Virus record (IMG/VR): IMGVR_UViG_3300030693_000012
DNA from: a virus
Length of the DNA: 64,000 nucleotides
Strand: one strand, 5' to 3'
Of the stretch, positions 27,375 to 35,705 are shown piece by piece. Under the pieces are notes generated by a model. That model did no database searches. It was not told the DNA's origin and saw only the letters and a list, made by a program, of their open reading frames with translations. Position 1 is the stretch's first letter. Each line of letters opens with the position of its first letter. A program made the position numbers and the translations under genes.

Positions 27375-27780
27375 TGGGTTCCTCCAATCCCATACAGGTC
27401 GCGCAGTACAGGCTCCCAGTAAACGCGACCGACTGCGAGAAACACCGCTGGCAGTTGAATTGCTCCGAGACCTTCGGCTTCGCCGTCCGGCCGTAGAGGA
27501 AGTCCACATCCACGACGTCGCCGTTCTTGAGCTCGTCGAAGTGCTTCTCGATCCAAACGTGGGCCTCGGGCATCGTGCGCGCGCCCCGGTTCCAGTCGTA
27601 CGGGTCAGAGTGAGCCTCCTGATTGTTCAGCATCATCAGGATGACTTGGCTGTCGCTGCCGCCCATGAAGCCGACGCGCATAAGCTGGTAGTTATGGGTG
27701 GGGTCGTCGTGGGACATCTTGATGGCGAGGGCTGGGATGTGCGTGCCCGCGTCGCGGATTTCAAGTGTTTTGAGGATCAT
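27346..27780 (-). CDS. Hypothetical phage protein
   Basis: LEIRDAGTHIPALAIKM...DPYDW...RTMPEAH...DGDVVDVDF. Confidence 0.7.
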   Translation of the reverse strand: MILKTLEIRDAGTHIPALAIKMSHDDPTHNYQLMRVGFMGGSDSQVILMMLNNQEAHSDPYDWNRGARTMPEAHVWIEKHFDELKNGDVVDVDFLYGRTAKPKVSEQFNCQRCFSQSVAFTGSLYCATCMGLEEPNGEPASRPS

Positions 27781-28120
27781 CGGTTCCCTTCTCCATCTCG
27801 TGCATCGCGGCGTCCTGTTGCTTCTGGAGGAGACGCCCGATCTCGATCCCCCAGAATAGGTAGGTCATTGGCAACTGCGAGACCACCGATTCCTTTGCCA
27901 GCCTCTTGAAGTCGCCGGGCTTGACCTCGTCCAGCGCCTCGCCCAACGAGAGGAGCGCGGCAATCTGGCGGGTCACCTCCATCACCAGCTTCATCGCCAG
28001 CTCGGGGTCGTCCGTGACCTCGCGCACCATCTCGAAGTAGCCATCGCCAACGTTCATCCCAAAGTCTCGGGTGAACGACTTCGACTTCTTCATCTGCTCA
28101 ATTAGAAGCTTCGCTATCAT
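27761..28120 (-). CDS. Hypothetical protein
   Basis: 119-aa ORF coupled to its neighbour. Confidence 0.55.
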   Translation of the reverse strand: MIAKLLIEQMKKSKSFTRDFGMNVGDGYFEMVREVTDDPELAMKLVMEVTRQIAALLSLGEALDEVKPGDFKRLAKESVVSQLPMTYLFWGIEIGRLLQKQQDAAMHEMEKGTDDPQNT

Positions 28121-28292
28121 GCTGCCTCTTTCGGTTTGTCGATCTCTTTGTTGAATAACCTGATGGCCGCATCGCTGGTCTCCAGGTGCCCATCGAGCTG
28201 ACCGGCGCTATAGACAATCTCCAAGTGACGCCGCAGCTCCCCGCTCTCGTCGGCGATTCCGACGAGGTATCTGTCCACAAATTCGGAGGCTT

Positions 28293-28841
28293 TCACGCTA
28301 CCCCCTTATGAGTTCGGCCAAATTTGACCGCGTGGATCGTTCCGTAGCCAACCCCGAAGAGATCGGCGATCGCTTGCAATCTTTCGCCGGCCTGAATCAT
28401 GCGGCGAATCTTAGGGATGTGATCGGCTTTCAGCTTCGTTTTTGGATGAGCCGCGCCAGTCGCATAGCGCGAGGGGCGATGACGGCGCTGGTCGGCGTTG
28501 TTGGCTCCAGAGCTGAGATACTCGAGATTCGTCGACCAGCAGCGGGCACGGTTCCCGTCTTTATGTCTGTGATTGACCTGCATATTTGGCGCCGGACGCG
28601 GTCCAAGGAAAGCTTCCGCGACAATCTGGTGAAGGAGCACCTGACGGCGGAGAACTCGCCAAGCTAGAGCGACGTTGATATAGCCGTCGGAGCGAAGAGA
28701 GCCGCGCACAAAGTCTCCTGCATGGTGACCTCGCACCGTGACCGGCCGCCTCAATCTCCCCCAGTTGCTAATCTCATATACGCCCTCAAACCTTCGGACG
28801 GGACGCCACTCCTCAACCTTTGGCTTCAGTATTCGCGACAT
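28293..28841 (-). CDS. NUMOD4-HNH homing endonuclease with C-terminal HTH
   Basis: EEWRPVRRFEGVYEISNWGR...LHQIVAEAFLG...VNH...NLEY. Confidence 0.9.
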   Translation of the reverse strand: MSRILKPKVEEWRPVRRFEGVYEISNWGRLRRPVTVRGHHAGDFVRGSLRSDGYINVALAWRVLRRQVLLHQIVAEAFLGPRPAPNMQVNHRHKDGNRARCWSTNLEYLSSGANNADQRRHRPSRYATGAAHPKTKLKADHIPKIRRMIQAGERLQAIADLFGVGYGTIHAVKFGRTHKGVA

Positions 28842-29076
28842 TGCTCCTCGCTTTCTCAAACGCCTCATCGAAGGCGGCCTTGGCTCCGGCATAACCAGCT
28901 TCTAGCCCGGTGCCTCGCCCGTCCAACCACATCCACTGGAAGTGCAGCTTCATCAACTTCCGCTGCTCTCCGTCGAGCAAAGGGAACCACTGCGCGACGT
29001 ATCGCTCAGATACCTCCGCCGCCTCTAATGCCACTGGGTCAACTACGACCGGCTTGCCCAACTCGCTTATGCTCAC
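28813..29076 (-). CDS. Hypothetical protein
   Basis: 87-aa ORF coupled to its neighbours. Confidence 0.5.
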   Translation of the reverse strand: MSISELGKPVVVDPVALEAAEVSERYVAQWFPLLDGEQRKLMKLHFQWMWLDGRGTGLEAGYAGAKAAFDEAFEKARSNVANTEAKG

Positions 29077-29426
29077 GCTGCTCCTCTCATCTGCAAGGCC
29101 TTCCGAAGAAGCGCCTCGAAATCGCTATCGTCTACATGGTGGTGGTTCACCGCGACCTGCACGGCACGCTTTGAATCTGCCTTCGAGTAGCCCAGCCCGA
29201 TCATCGCCAGGATCACATCCGCCCGCTGCGACCGGCGGGGATAGTCCGGCGGGCGCGGTGGCGGTTCCAACTCATGCCTCGGCTCGATCTTGAGCCCCAT
29301 CACCAGGTACCGCATCCGGCGCTTGAGGCTCTTGTTCTGCTGCATCGCAATGATGAGCAGGAAGAAGAAGACGAGGTTGCTTGCGATTAGCCAGGGGATC
29401 ATTTCGCACGCTCGCATTTCCGGCAC
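29073..29426 (-). CDS. Membrane-anchored protein with a RuvA C-terminal-like domain
   Basis: N-terminal TM helix; DVILAMIGLGYSKADSKRAV...FEALLRKALQ. Confidence 0.75.
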   Translation of the reverse strand: MPEMRACEMIPWLIASNLVFFFLLIIAMQQNKSLKRRMRYLVMGLKIEPRHELEPPPRPPDYPRRSQRADVILAMIGLGYSKADSKRAVQVAVNHHHVDDSDFEALLRKALQMRGAA

Positions 29427-30424
29427 TTCCGCCAGCCGCGCGAATTCACCCGACCATACTCAGCGAACGAGTGTCCTTTGCTGCAATGGGTTTTCCGAGC
29501 GTTGTGATGCTCCGACCCCTTGCGGTAGTTAGTCAGACGGCCCTTAGTCACTGCGTCAACGACGTTATCTCGCTGGCTCCCCCTGAAGAGATGATCTGGG
29601 CGGCAGCACGGCGGGTTATCGCAAGAATGGCAAACCTTCACACCTTCGGGAGCTCCGGCTTTCTTGAAGACGACCCCTTCCGCGTGCGCCTCGGTGAACC
29701 GCTGGAGGGCTGCCTCTTTGTTGGCGGTGCCAGTAAAGGTCCTGACCATGTGGAGGCCGACCGGCGTTGTGTCGCGGACGATGAATCGGGAGAGCGCCAG
29801 GCGGCGCTGGTAGCGCGGGAGGTTCTGAATCTCTATGCCGTCCATCATCAGGATGTCGAAGGCAACGTAGCTCCCTTTGACGAACTCGCCGTCGAGATGA
29901 ACCTGCTGCCCAGCCAACTCGGCCAACTCGCGGGTGGGAACCGGAATTATCTCGCCCTTGCGATTGAAGGCGTAGACCAATGTTCCATCCGCGAGGATAG
30001 AGATGCGGTGGCCGTCCAGCTTCTCCTCCAGCTCCCAGCCGTCATTGACGACATACTCGCCGGCTTGATCCGGTCCGATCGGAGCCAGCAGCTCAGGGAA
30101 GAAGGTGGGGGCGAAGCCAGGAACTGTCGGGTCGGGGATGAATGCCGCGCCGACCGGATGGCCTTGAACGCCTTCCAGCTCGTAGACGCCGCCGCAGCAG
30201 TCGCACTTTTTGCCGGTCTTCTCATCGACGAGCTTGTCGAAGATTTTCCGGGCAACTTCGTAGGTCGTAGTGGTGGGGGTTTTAGTTCCAGCCCTAAGCG
30301 GTGCGCCGATGGCCCCATATTGAAAGTCAACCGACCACAGCCCGTCATGCTCCTGAAGCTGAACGTTGTAGGATTTCTGGTGGCGATCATTCCGAAGTAC
30401 GAGCGAACAACTCAAAGGCTCCAT
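29399..30424 (-). CDS. WGR domain + ATP-dependent ligase adenylation domain fused to an HNH endonuclease C-terminal fragment
   Basis: DFQYGAIG (WGR); EEKLDGHR, LDGE, AFDIL, EGVVFKK (ligase); then VCHSCDNPPCCRPDHL...KTHCSKGH. Confidence 0.8.
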   Translation of the reverse strand: MEPLSCSLVLRNDRHQKSYNVQLQEHDGLWSVDFQYGAIGAPLRAGTKTPTTTTYEVARKIFDKLVDEKTGKKCDCCGGVYELEGVQGHPVGAAFIPDPTVPGFAPTFFPELLAPIGPDQAGEYVVNDGWELEEKLDGHRISILADGTLVYAFNRKGEIIPVPTRELAELAGQQVHLDGEFVKGSYVAFDILMMDGIEIQNLPRYQRRLALSRFIVRDTTPVGLHMVRTFTGTANKEAALQRFTEAHAEGVVFKKAGAPEGVKVCHSCDNPPCCRPDHLFRGSQRDNVVDAVTKGRLTNYRKGSEHHNARKTHCSKGHSFAEYGRVNSRGWRKCRKCERAK

Positions 30425-30469
30425 CTGTCTCTCTCCATGCTGCTCAATTTGGTTTTTCTCTACTTCCCA

Positions 30470-30510
30470 ATACTACTAAATCCACCAGCAGAGTCAACAA
30501 AAATCGACGC
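30470..30510 (-). promoter_or_regulatory. Early promoter cassette (TTGACT-N16-TAGTAT)
   Basis: Shared GTCGATTTTTG block; leader variant CCAAATTGAG. Confidence 0.8.
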
Positions 30511-30634
30511 GTTTGCAGGGTTATTTGCACGCCTCTCGAACTCCGCGCTGAGGCGGTCGAACTCAGCTTGCTCCTCTGGAACCCAGTAGGGAATCCGGCT
30601 GAGAAGATAGCCCAAGTGATCCCACAGCTCGTCG

Positions 30635-30889
30635 TCACTCATGGCCCACGACCTCGCGCTGGCCGACGATCTGGGCTTTCAGCCTCTCGTATTCACGCTT
30701 GCGCTCGGGCGTCAGGCGACCATGGAAGCGGGCGCGCGGCCCGCGCATCCAGTGGTAGCCCTTCGTCCAGACCTTTCTGTTGCGCGCGGTCGGCTTGCAG
30801 TACTCCCCTCGCTCCGCCCCGCATTGCGGGCACGCGCTGAAGCAGCAGTACAGGCGGGTGCGCTCCTCCTGAGTTAGAGGGGCTGGCAT
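30635..30889 (-). CDS. Small zinc-finger protein
   Basis: CPQCGAERGEYC...H. Confidence 0.55.
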   Translation of the reverse strand: MPAPLTQEERTRLYCCFSACPQCGAERGEYCKPTARNRKVWTKGYHWMRGPRARFHGRLTPERKREYERLKAQIVGQREVVGHE

Positions 30890-31176
30890 GGCTCGACCTC
30901 CAACCACCGCTCCCAGAGACACCACACGTCGCCGCAGGTTTCGCATTGCGGCCCGTTGCAAGGTGTGTCGCCCCACTCCGGCCAGCGCATCGAGTCTTCG
31001 CTGATGGTGTGCCCGGCGGCACGGATGAGTTTGACTGCCTCCTCCTCGGAGGGCATGAGGATTTTAGCCAAGGTAAGAGTCCTTCGTCGGGTCGAACTCC
31101 CGCGCGTAACGCCGCATACTCTCGCACCAGTATGCCTCGCCCTCAAGGAAGATCCGCGGTGGCCCGACCAGCACAT
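30874..31176 (-). CDS. Hypothetical protein (start uncertain)
   Basis: CETCG motif. Confidence 0.4.
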   Translation of the reverse strand: MCWSGHRGSSLRARHTGARVCGVTRGSSTRRRTLTLAKILMPSEEEAVKLIRAAGHTISEDSMRWPEWGDTPCNGPQCETCGDVWCLWERWLEVEPCQPL

Positions 31177-31549
31177 AGCGCCCGCGCATGCAGGAGAGTC
31201 CGTGGTAAACCCCGTTGGGGTCTTCGGTGACGCTCCTCTTCATGCCCATCCGCACCCACTTCTCCGAGAGGCTGGTTGCGGCGCCAGGCCAACGCGACTC
31301 GACCAGAAGATACGCCTCCGCTGAATCCGCATAGACCGGGTTGGGATAGAGCGCCTCACTCGACCAGCTCGTGCAAACGTAGCTGAGGCTGCGATATGTC
31401 CAGGGCTTGAACATCACATACTCGCCGCCGTACCAGCCAGCGTTTTTCAGGAACCGGAACTGCTGCGCTGTGAGGAGCGTCGGCGCGTGCGGCTGGACTG
31501 GAGGGACGATGAACAGGGATTGCGAGGCTCTAAGCGGTTTCCGTGGCAT
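31064..31549 (-). CDS. Hypothetical protein
   Basis: 161 aa, aromatic-rich, coupled to the upstream gene. Confidence 0.6.
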   Translation of the reverse strand: MPRKPLRASQSLFIVPPVQPHAPTLLTAQQFRFLKNAGWYGGEYVMFKPWTYRSLSYVCTSWSSEALYPNPVYADSAEAYLLVESRWPGAATSLSEKWVRMGMKRSVTEDPNGVYHGLSCMRGRYVLVGPPRIFLEGEAYWCESMRRYAREFDPTKDSYLG

Positions 31550-32366
31550 TCTGCTCCTCCCGCCATCTCAGCATCCCGGCGGGCGTCCAGTTTAGGAACA
31601 CGCCCCGGTTGAACTTGAAGACTCCATCCTCGATGCCGTGGATTATCGCCCACGCCTCCGCCCCTTTATCGTCGAGGTTGGCGTTGATGGGGACGGATTT
31701 CTGGCCCTCGTAGTTGTTCTCGTGCGGCTGCGAGAAGGCAGCCCAACCCGTCCTCAACGGCGGCTCCAGCACGCCCATTTCTGCGAGCAGCCGGCGGCCG
31801 TCCGAAACGCTCATCTCCGGAACCTTATTGTCGGAGTAGGTGAGCTTGAGGGCCAGCGCGCTAAGGATGGCCTTGCCTGTGGTGAATTGCCGGGTGTTTA
31901 GCAGCGAGCGCCAATGCCCGGCGGTCATGAGATCGATAGCGTGATGCCACTGGCCGTTCGTCGTCTCGAAGCTGAAATCGCCCTCCTCGTCATAGACCGG
32001 CTCCGTCCCGGCTGCCTCACACACGCGCTTCACCAGAGGATGGTCAACCAATAGAGGGTGGCTGATGTAGACGTTGCCCGGGCCTCCCTCCCTGCGCCGG
32101 TAGTGCATCGGGAATTGGAAGAGACGCGAGGGCAACCGCCAGGGGAGGGCGAAGTCCTTGTTCGACCCCCAGCCGTCTCCCAGATCCCCGTAGTAATCGT
32201 CCTCGTCGCGGAGGTAGCCCAGCTCCACCAGCTTCTTGCCGAGGGGATCGCGCCGAGCTTCCCGCTCGATCGCTTTCTGCTCCTCCTCCGCCTTGTCCTC
32301 GGCGGCGGTCTGCTGGTCGAATAGGCCGCCAAGAAAGACGGCTCGGGATGCTGCACTAGGTTTCAC
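31530..32366 (-). CDS. Hypothetical protein
   Basis: 278 aa; LPSRLFQFP...WHHAIDL motifs. Confidence 0.7.
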   Translation of the reverse strand: MKPSAASRAVFLGGLFDQQTAAEDKAEEEQKAIEREARRDPLGKKLVELGYLRDEDDYYGDLGDGWGSNKDFALPWRLPSRLFQFPMHYRRREGGPGNVYISHPLLVDHPLVKRVCEAAGTEPVYDEEGDFSFETTNGQWHHAIDLMTAGHWRSLLNTRQFTTGKAILSALALKLTYSDNKVPEMSVSDGRRLLAEMGVLEPPLRTGWAAFSQPHENNYEGQKSVPINANLDDKGAEAWAIIHGIEDGVFKFNRGVFLNWTPAGMLRWREEQNATETA

Positions 32367-32670
32367 TGGACACCTCCGCTTCTGCTCTGGCCGCGATGGA
32401 CTTGGCCGTTTGATACCAGTCGAAACTCAGGTCTCGAAGCTGCTCGTTCGCCGTGCGAATCTCCTCCATCACCGACTCGATACCGTACATCTCGGATTCG
32501 ATCCGGCTCCGCAACTCCGCGATGTCGTCGATCGCGTATCGCCCGGTGGAACTACACAGCTTCTCGATCGTCTTGACGCGGCCCAGCACATTGTCGATGA
32601 GGGGACAAGTGATCGGCGGGGGCTTGCGCTCCTGCTTCATGAGGTTTACTTCGTCGAGGAGGTCGCCCAT
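32356..32670 (-). CDS. Coiled-coil hypothetical protein
   Basis: TCPLID...MEEIRTANEQLR. Confidence 0.65.
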   Translation of the reverse strand: MGDLLDEVNLMKQERKPPPITCPLIDNVLGRVKTIEKLCSSTGRYAIDDIAELRSRIESEMYGIESVMEEIRTANEQLRDLSFDWYQTAKSIAARAEAEVSSET

Positions 32671-32807
32671 CACTCCGCTGGCTCAAGGGGGCCGGGGCAA
32701 TCGACGGCGCAAAGTTGAAATTCCAAGCAAGCTCCGCAATGAGGGCATACTTCGCCGCCGCAGCTTTTGCACGTCTGGATGTCGGGGGATTCCAATAATT
32801 CGGCCAT
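32670..32807 (-). CDS. Cys-rich miniprotein (45 aa)
   Basis: Manual translation MAELLESPDIQTCKSCGGEVCPHCGACLEFQLCAVDCPGPLEPAE; conserved leader RBS; TGATG coupling to the next gene. Confidence 0.65.
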   Translation of the reverse strand: MAELLESPDIQTCKSCGGEVCPHCGACLEFQLCAVDCPGPLEPAE

Positions 32808-32831
32808 TTGATCCTCGTTTCTCAGTTGGAT

Positions 32832-32934
32832 ACGCTGCCAGTGGAGGGGATCGAACCCTCACGCCGAACCCTGAAAGGCCCGACCGACGCTCTCTGTCAC
32901 TGGCGGCGGTTGATCGGGTTTCAGCCCGTCAACC
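32832..32934 (-). ncRNA. tRNA-like structured RNA with kissing-loop complement
   Basis: 7-bp acceptor-like stem GCCAGTG/CACTGGC, T-arm GAGGG-TTCGATC-CCCTC, no D stem; upstream hairpin loop CTGAAA is complementary to the TTTCAG loop. Confidence 0.6.
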
Positions 32935-32943
32935 ACTAAACCA

Positions 32944-32984
32944 ATACTACTATTTCAGGCAGCAGTGTCAACAAAAATCGACAC
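32944..32984 (-). promoter_or_regulatory. Early promoter cassette (TTGACA-N16-TAGTAT)
   Basis: Shared GTGTCGATTTTTG block. Confidence 0.8.
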
Positions 32985-33008
32985 GAATCGCCAGCTATTA
33001 CGCGGTGT

Positions 33009-33464
33009 TTAGAACATCGCTTTCTGAAGCGGCTCGGTGTCGTAGCCGTACTCCTGCACCCCGAATTGGAAGTTACGGCAAGCGGTGAAGGATCGATCCA
33101 GGCCCTTCCATCCCAGCGGGAGCGGGTCAATCATGATCCGCTTGGCGTCGTGGATCGTGAACCGAACGCCGTTGAAAGCGTCGACCCGGGCGACCGAGCC
33201 AGGATCATACTTGACGACCAGGTGGAGGTTGTTCTTCCACTCCCGCGCCACCCCGCAGATATAAAAGAACTCCCCGCGCATCCGGATCGGGTACTGGCCG
33301 TCGACGATGGTTCGGCAGATCGTCCGCTCCCAGGCTCCCCGCAAACAGTTCGCGCAGTGATTCGCGCAGTTGAACCCCGTAACGTGCTTCGCCCACAAAT
33401 ATGAAAACTCCGCAGCCTTCCCGCTGCTAATTGGAGCGCCTTCGATTTCAACACAAATTTCCAT
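33009..33464 (-). CDS. Hypothetical protein, probably leaderless
   Basis: ATG 6 nt after TAGTAT; HCANCL motif. Confidence 0.65.
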   Translation of the reverse strand: MEICVEIEGAPISSGKAAEFSYLWAKHVTGFNCANHCANCLRGAWERTICRTIVDGQYPIRMRGEFFYICGVAREWKNNLHLVVKYDPGSVARVDAFNGVRFTIHDAKRIMIDPLPLGWKGLDRSFTACRNFQFGVQEYGYDTEPLQKAMF

Positions 33465-33470
33465 ATCCAA

Positions 33471-33499
33471 ATACTACTATTTCAGTAGTGTCGGGTCAA
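33471..33499 (-). promoter_or_regulatory. Promoter TTGACC-N17-TAGTAT with operator ATACTAC-N7-GTAGTGT
   Basis: Inverted repeat matching that of the RHH gene promoter. Confidence 0.7.
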
Positions 33500-34035
33500 A
33501 CTTTATTTCCGCTATGCGCGAACTCCCCATACTCCTCAATGGCCGCTTTCATGTAGACTTCGTGGGCTATCTCGGCGGTCGCATGACCACCAAGATAGAC
33601 CCTCCTTCCGCCGCGCGTCATCGATGTAACGTATTGCTGACCAGGGGTGCGATAGGGGCAGAATTGCACGCCTTTGAAACCCGTTCTATTTGAGCTCCGA
33701 CGATTCGCCTGATTCAGGCGAAAGGTAGCAGGCCGGAGATTCGCCTTACGATTATCTAAGGTACTGCGGTTGTGATGATCGCGGCACTCTCCTTCGATTT
33801 CGCCCATGATCTCCTCGTGAAGCGAGACGTGAATTTGGCGGCCGTTCACGCGACGCATCCGCATCGCATAATAAGACCGGGTGTGAGGATGCCACCGCGC
33901 ACTCCATGAGCAATACTCAACCCGCGGCGCGTCCTCGGCGTCGATGCATGAAAATTGTCCCTTACTCAATTTGATGTAGGCGATGGATGGTCCGACTACA
34001 CGAATCGCGTCCCGCCTGATAGGCTTAGCTGGCAC
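33496..34035 (-). CDS. HNH-AP2 homing endonuclease
   Basis: IKLSKGQFSCID...LHEEIMG...DHHNRSTLDNRKANLR...TGFKGV...YLGGH. Confidence 0.9.
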   Translation of the reverse strand: MPAKPIRRDAIRVVGPSIAYIKLSKGQFSCIDAEDAPRVEYCSWSARWHPHTRSYYAMRMRRVNGRQIHVSLHEEIMGEIEGECRDHHNRSTLDNRKANLRPATFRLNQANRRSSNRTGFKGVQFCPYRTPGQQYVTSMTRGGRRVYLGGHATAEIAHEVYMKAAIEEYGEFAHSGNKV

Positions 34036-34097
34036 GGTGATCCCTCACGATCTCTATGCGGGTAGAGCCTGTCCGGGCTCCCCGCAACGTGCCCCAA

Positions 34098-34250
34098 TTA
34101 TAACGCGATTGCTTTTCTCCAGGCTTCGACCATCATCGGCCCCTTACCCACTGATTCACCGTCGGGCCACGGCAGAGAAAATTCACGCGTTCCTTCGGGA
34201 TTCCGCGCGTAGGGGATGACCGACGCGATATCTGCTTGGATGACCTTCAT
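34098..34250 (-). pseudogene. Possible truncated ParB-like/methylase N-terminal remnant (50 aa)
   Basis: Manual translation MKVIQADIASVIPYARNP... resembles the start of ParB-N domains, then diverges. Confidence 0.35.
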
Positions 34251-34286
34251 AGTGCGTTCAGCATACACGCGAAGAAGGTGGAGGGC

Positions 34287-34317
34287 AAAGAGAAACCCAC
34301 CCCGAAAGGTGGGCTTC
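34287..34317 (-). terminator. Intrinsic terminator ending the late/lysis operon
   Basis: AAGCCCACC-TTTCGG-GGTGGGTTT followed by CTCTTT. Confidence 0.75.
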
Positions 34318-34402
34318 GCTTATGCGACGTCGAACGGATGCCGTAAGTAAGGTGCGTGGCGGGGACGCCTCCCCGTGCGTTCCACGACTCCGCCGCAATC
34401 CT

Positions 34403-34909
34403 TTAGGCCGTCGGAGCTGGTGCTGGGTCCGGCGCGGGTTCGCCTACCGCCGGCTGGTTCGCCGCATCGACGGAAGCCTGAATCGCAGTCGCCGCGGTCG
34501 AGACGGCCGCTCCAAGTGTCCCGACCTCATTGATCGCCTTGGTGACGCTGGCGATGGTCGTCGGATCCTTGACGTTCGCATCCGTGAGGATCGTGCCGAG
34601 GTTGGTCTGGATAGCCGCGAAGGCGCTGGCAGCCGTCGGAGTTGCTCCGAAGTCCGCTACGGTGGCACTCACGGCCGTCAGGTCGCGCTGCGCTTGCGCT
34701 GCTACCGTTCCGACCACGCTAGCCGCAGCGGTATTGCCAGCCGCGCCAAGCCCGATCTGGAGGCACAGGCCGATGTACTTGATGGAGGTGTCCACAACGC
34801 TTGTGATTTCCGGGGCTTTACCTTCGACCTCCAGAAGTGTCTTCTGAATCCAGGCGGCGGTGCTGTGTTCTGCGAGTTCAAGCTTCAATTCGATGGTTGC
34901 TAGTGACAT
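34403..34909 (-). CDS. Ala/Thr-rich helical protein at the end of the lysis cassette (spanin-like?)
   Basis: RBS GAGGAG; Pro-rich tail; position after the lysis genes. Confidence 0.55.
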   Translation of the reverse strand: MSLATIELKLELAEHSTAAWIQKTLLEVEGKAPEITSVVDTSIKYIGLCLQIGLGAAGNTAAASVVGTVAAQAQRDLTAVSATVADFGATPTAASAFAAIQTNLGTILTDANVKDPTTIASVTKAINEVGTLGAAVSTAATAIQASVDAANQPAVGEPAPDPAPAPTA

Positions 34910-34940
34910 GGTGTTCTCCTCTACCGCGAGCGGTGGCTCG

Positions 34941-34969
34941 ACTATACCGATTCCGGATTCCGGAATCAA
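34941..34969 (-). promoter_or_regulatory. Promoter TTGATT-N17-TATAGT overlapped by the 19-bp palindrome
   Basis: Hexamer spacing read directly. Confidence 0.55.
34949..34967. repeat. 19-bp palindrome, copy 4
   Basis: Exact match, intergenic. Confidence 0.9.
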
Positions 34970-34976
34970 GACCCAA

Positions 34977-35705
34977 CTAGAACGGGCAGCTATGCGTCGC
35001 CAGGCACGCGATATTCACAGCGAGATTCCCATAATTCATAGCCTTGCGCCACCACGGTTGAGGCGCGGTCGCTCGGTCCATGTCCTTGCGGAGATCGGTG
35101 GCGATGCCCGTGACCTGCACTCCAGTCAGCGCCAACTGCTCAGAGGAGTCCGCGCTCCCCTTTAGGAACCGGGCCACGTCCTTGGACGTCACGAGGTCGT
35201 CGAAGTCCTTCACAGACTTCGCCAGGGCGACGCTATTGGCGTTGACGCTGGTATCCACGTCGAGGAAGGTTTTATTCGCGCTCGCGAGGAGAGGGCCTTC
35301 CCCGGCAGTGAAAGTATTGATCGCCATGGTCGCCGCGTCGCCAGTCCCGGCGATGGAGGCCGTCACCCGGTTGAAGCCAGAGAGCGAAGTGTGAACGTCT
35401 GAGAAGAGGTCGGGGAGGGTCTTCTTGAGCATGAACTGCTCTTGCTTCACCAGGTCGCCAGCATCGGCCAAATCCTGCCCCGCGAGCGATAGCGTGCCGC
35501 AGTGGTTGGCCTTGTCCGCAGAGGTCTTCCCGCTGCCCGCGCAAGGCGCGATGAGCTTCGCCGCCACCGCATTGAATCCGGCGGCCGTCGGCTTGAGGTC
35601 GGGGATCTTGTGGCCGGTCGTGACGAGGAACCACACGACGGCTACGCCAACGACGGGGACGGTGCCAAGCGCGATGATCTGGAAGATGAACTTGAGCCGA
35701 TTCAC
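34977..35705 (-). CDS. Membrane-anchored helical protein (i-spanin-like)
   Basis: N-terminal TM helix, long helical periplasmic region, C-terminal Cys; follows the endolysin. Confidence 0.55.
   Translation of the reverse strand: MNRLKFIFQIIALGTVPVVGVAVVWFLVTTGHKIPDLKPTAAGFNAVAAKLIAPCAGSGKTSADKANHCGTLSLAGQDLADAGDLVKQEQFMLKKTLPDLFSDVHTSLSGFNRVTASIAGTGDAATMAINTFTAGEGPLLASANKTFLDVDTSVNANSVALAKSVKDFDDLVTSKDVARFLKGSADSSEQLALTGVQVTGIATDLRKDMDRATAPQPWWRKAMNYGNLAVNIACLATHSCPF

Noticed and set aside
32836-32904. Canonical tRNA-Glu(TTC) or opal suppressor tRNA
   Set aside because: It has no D stem, no 7-nt anticodon loop closed by a 5-bp stem and no CCA; reported as a tRNA-like RNA instead.
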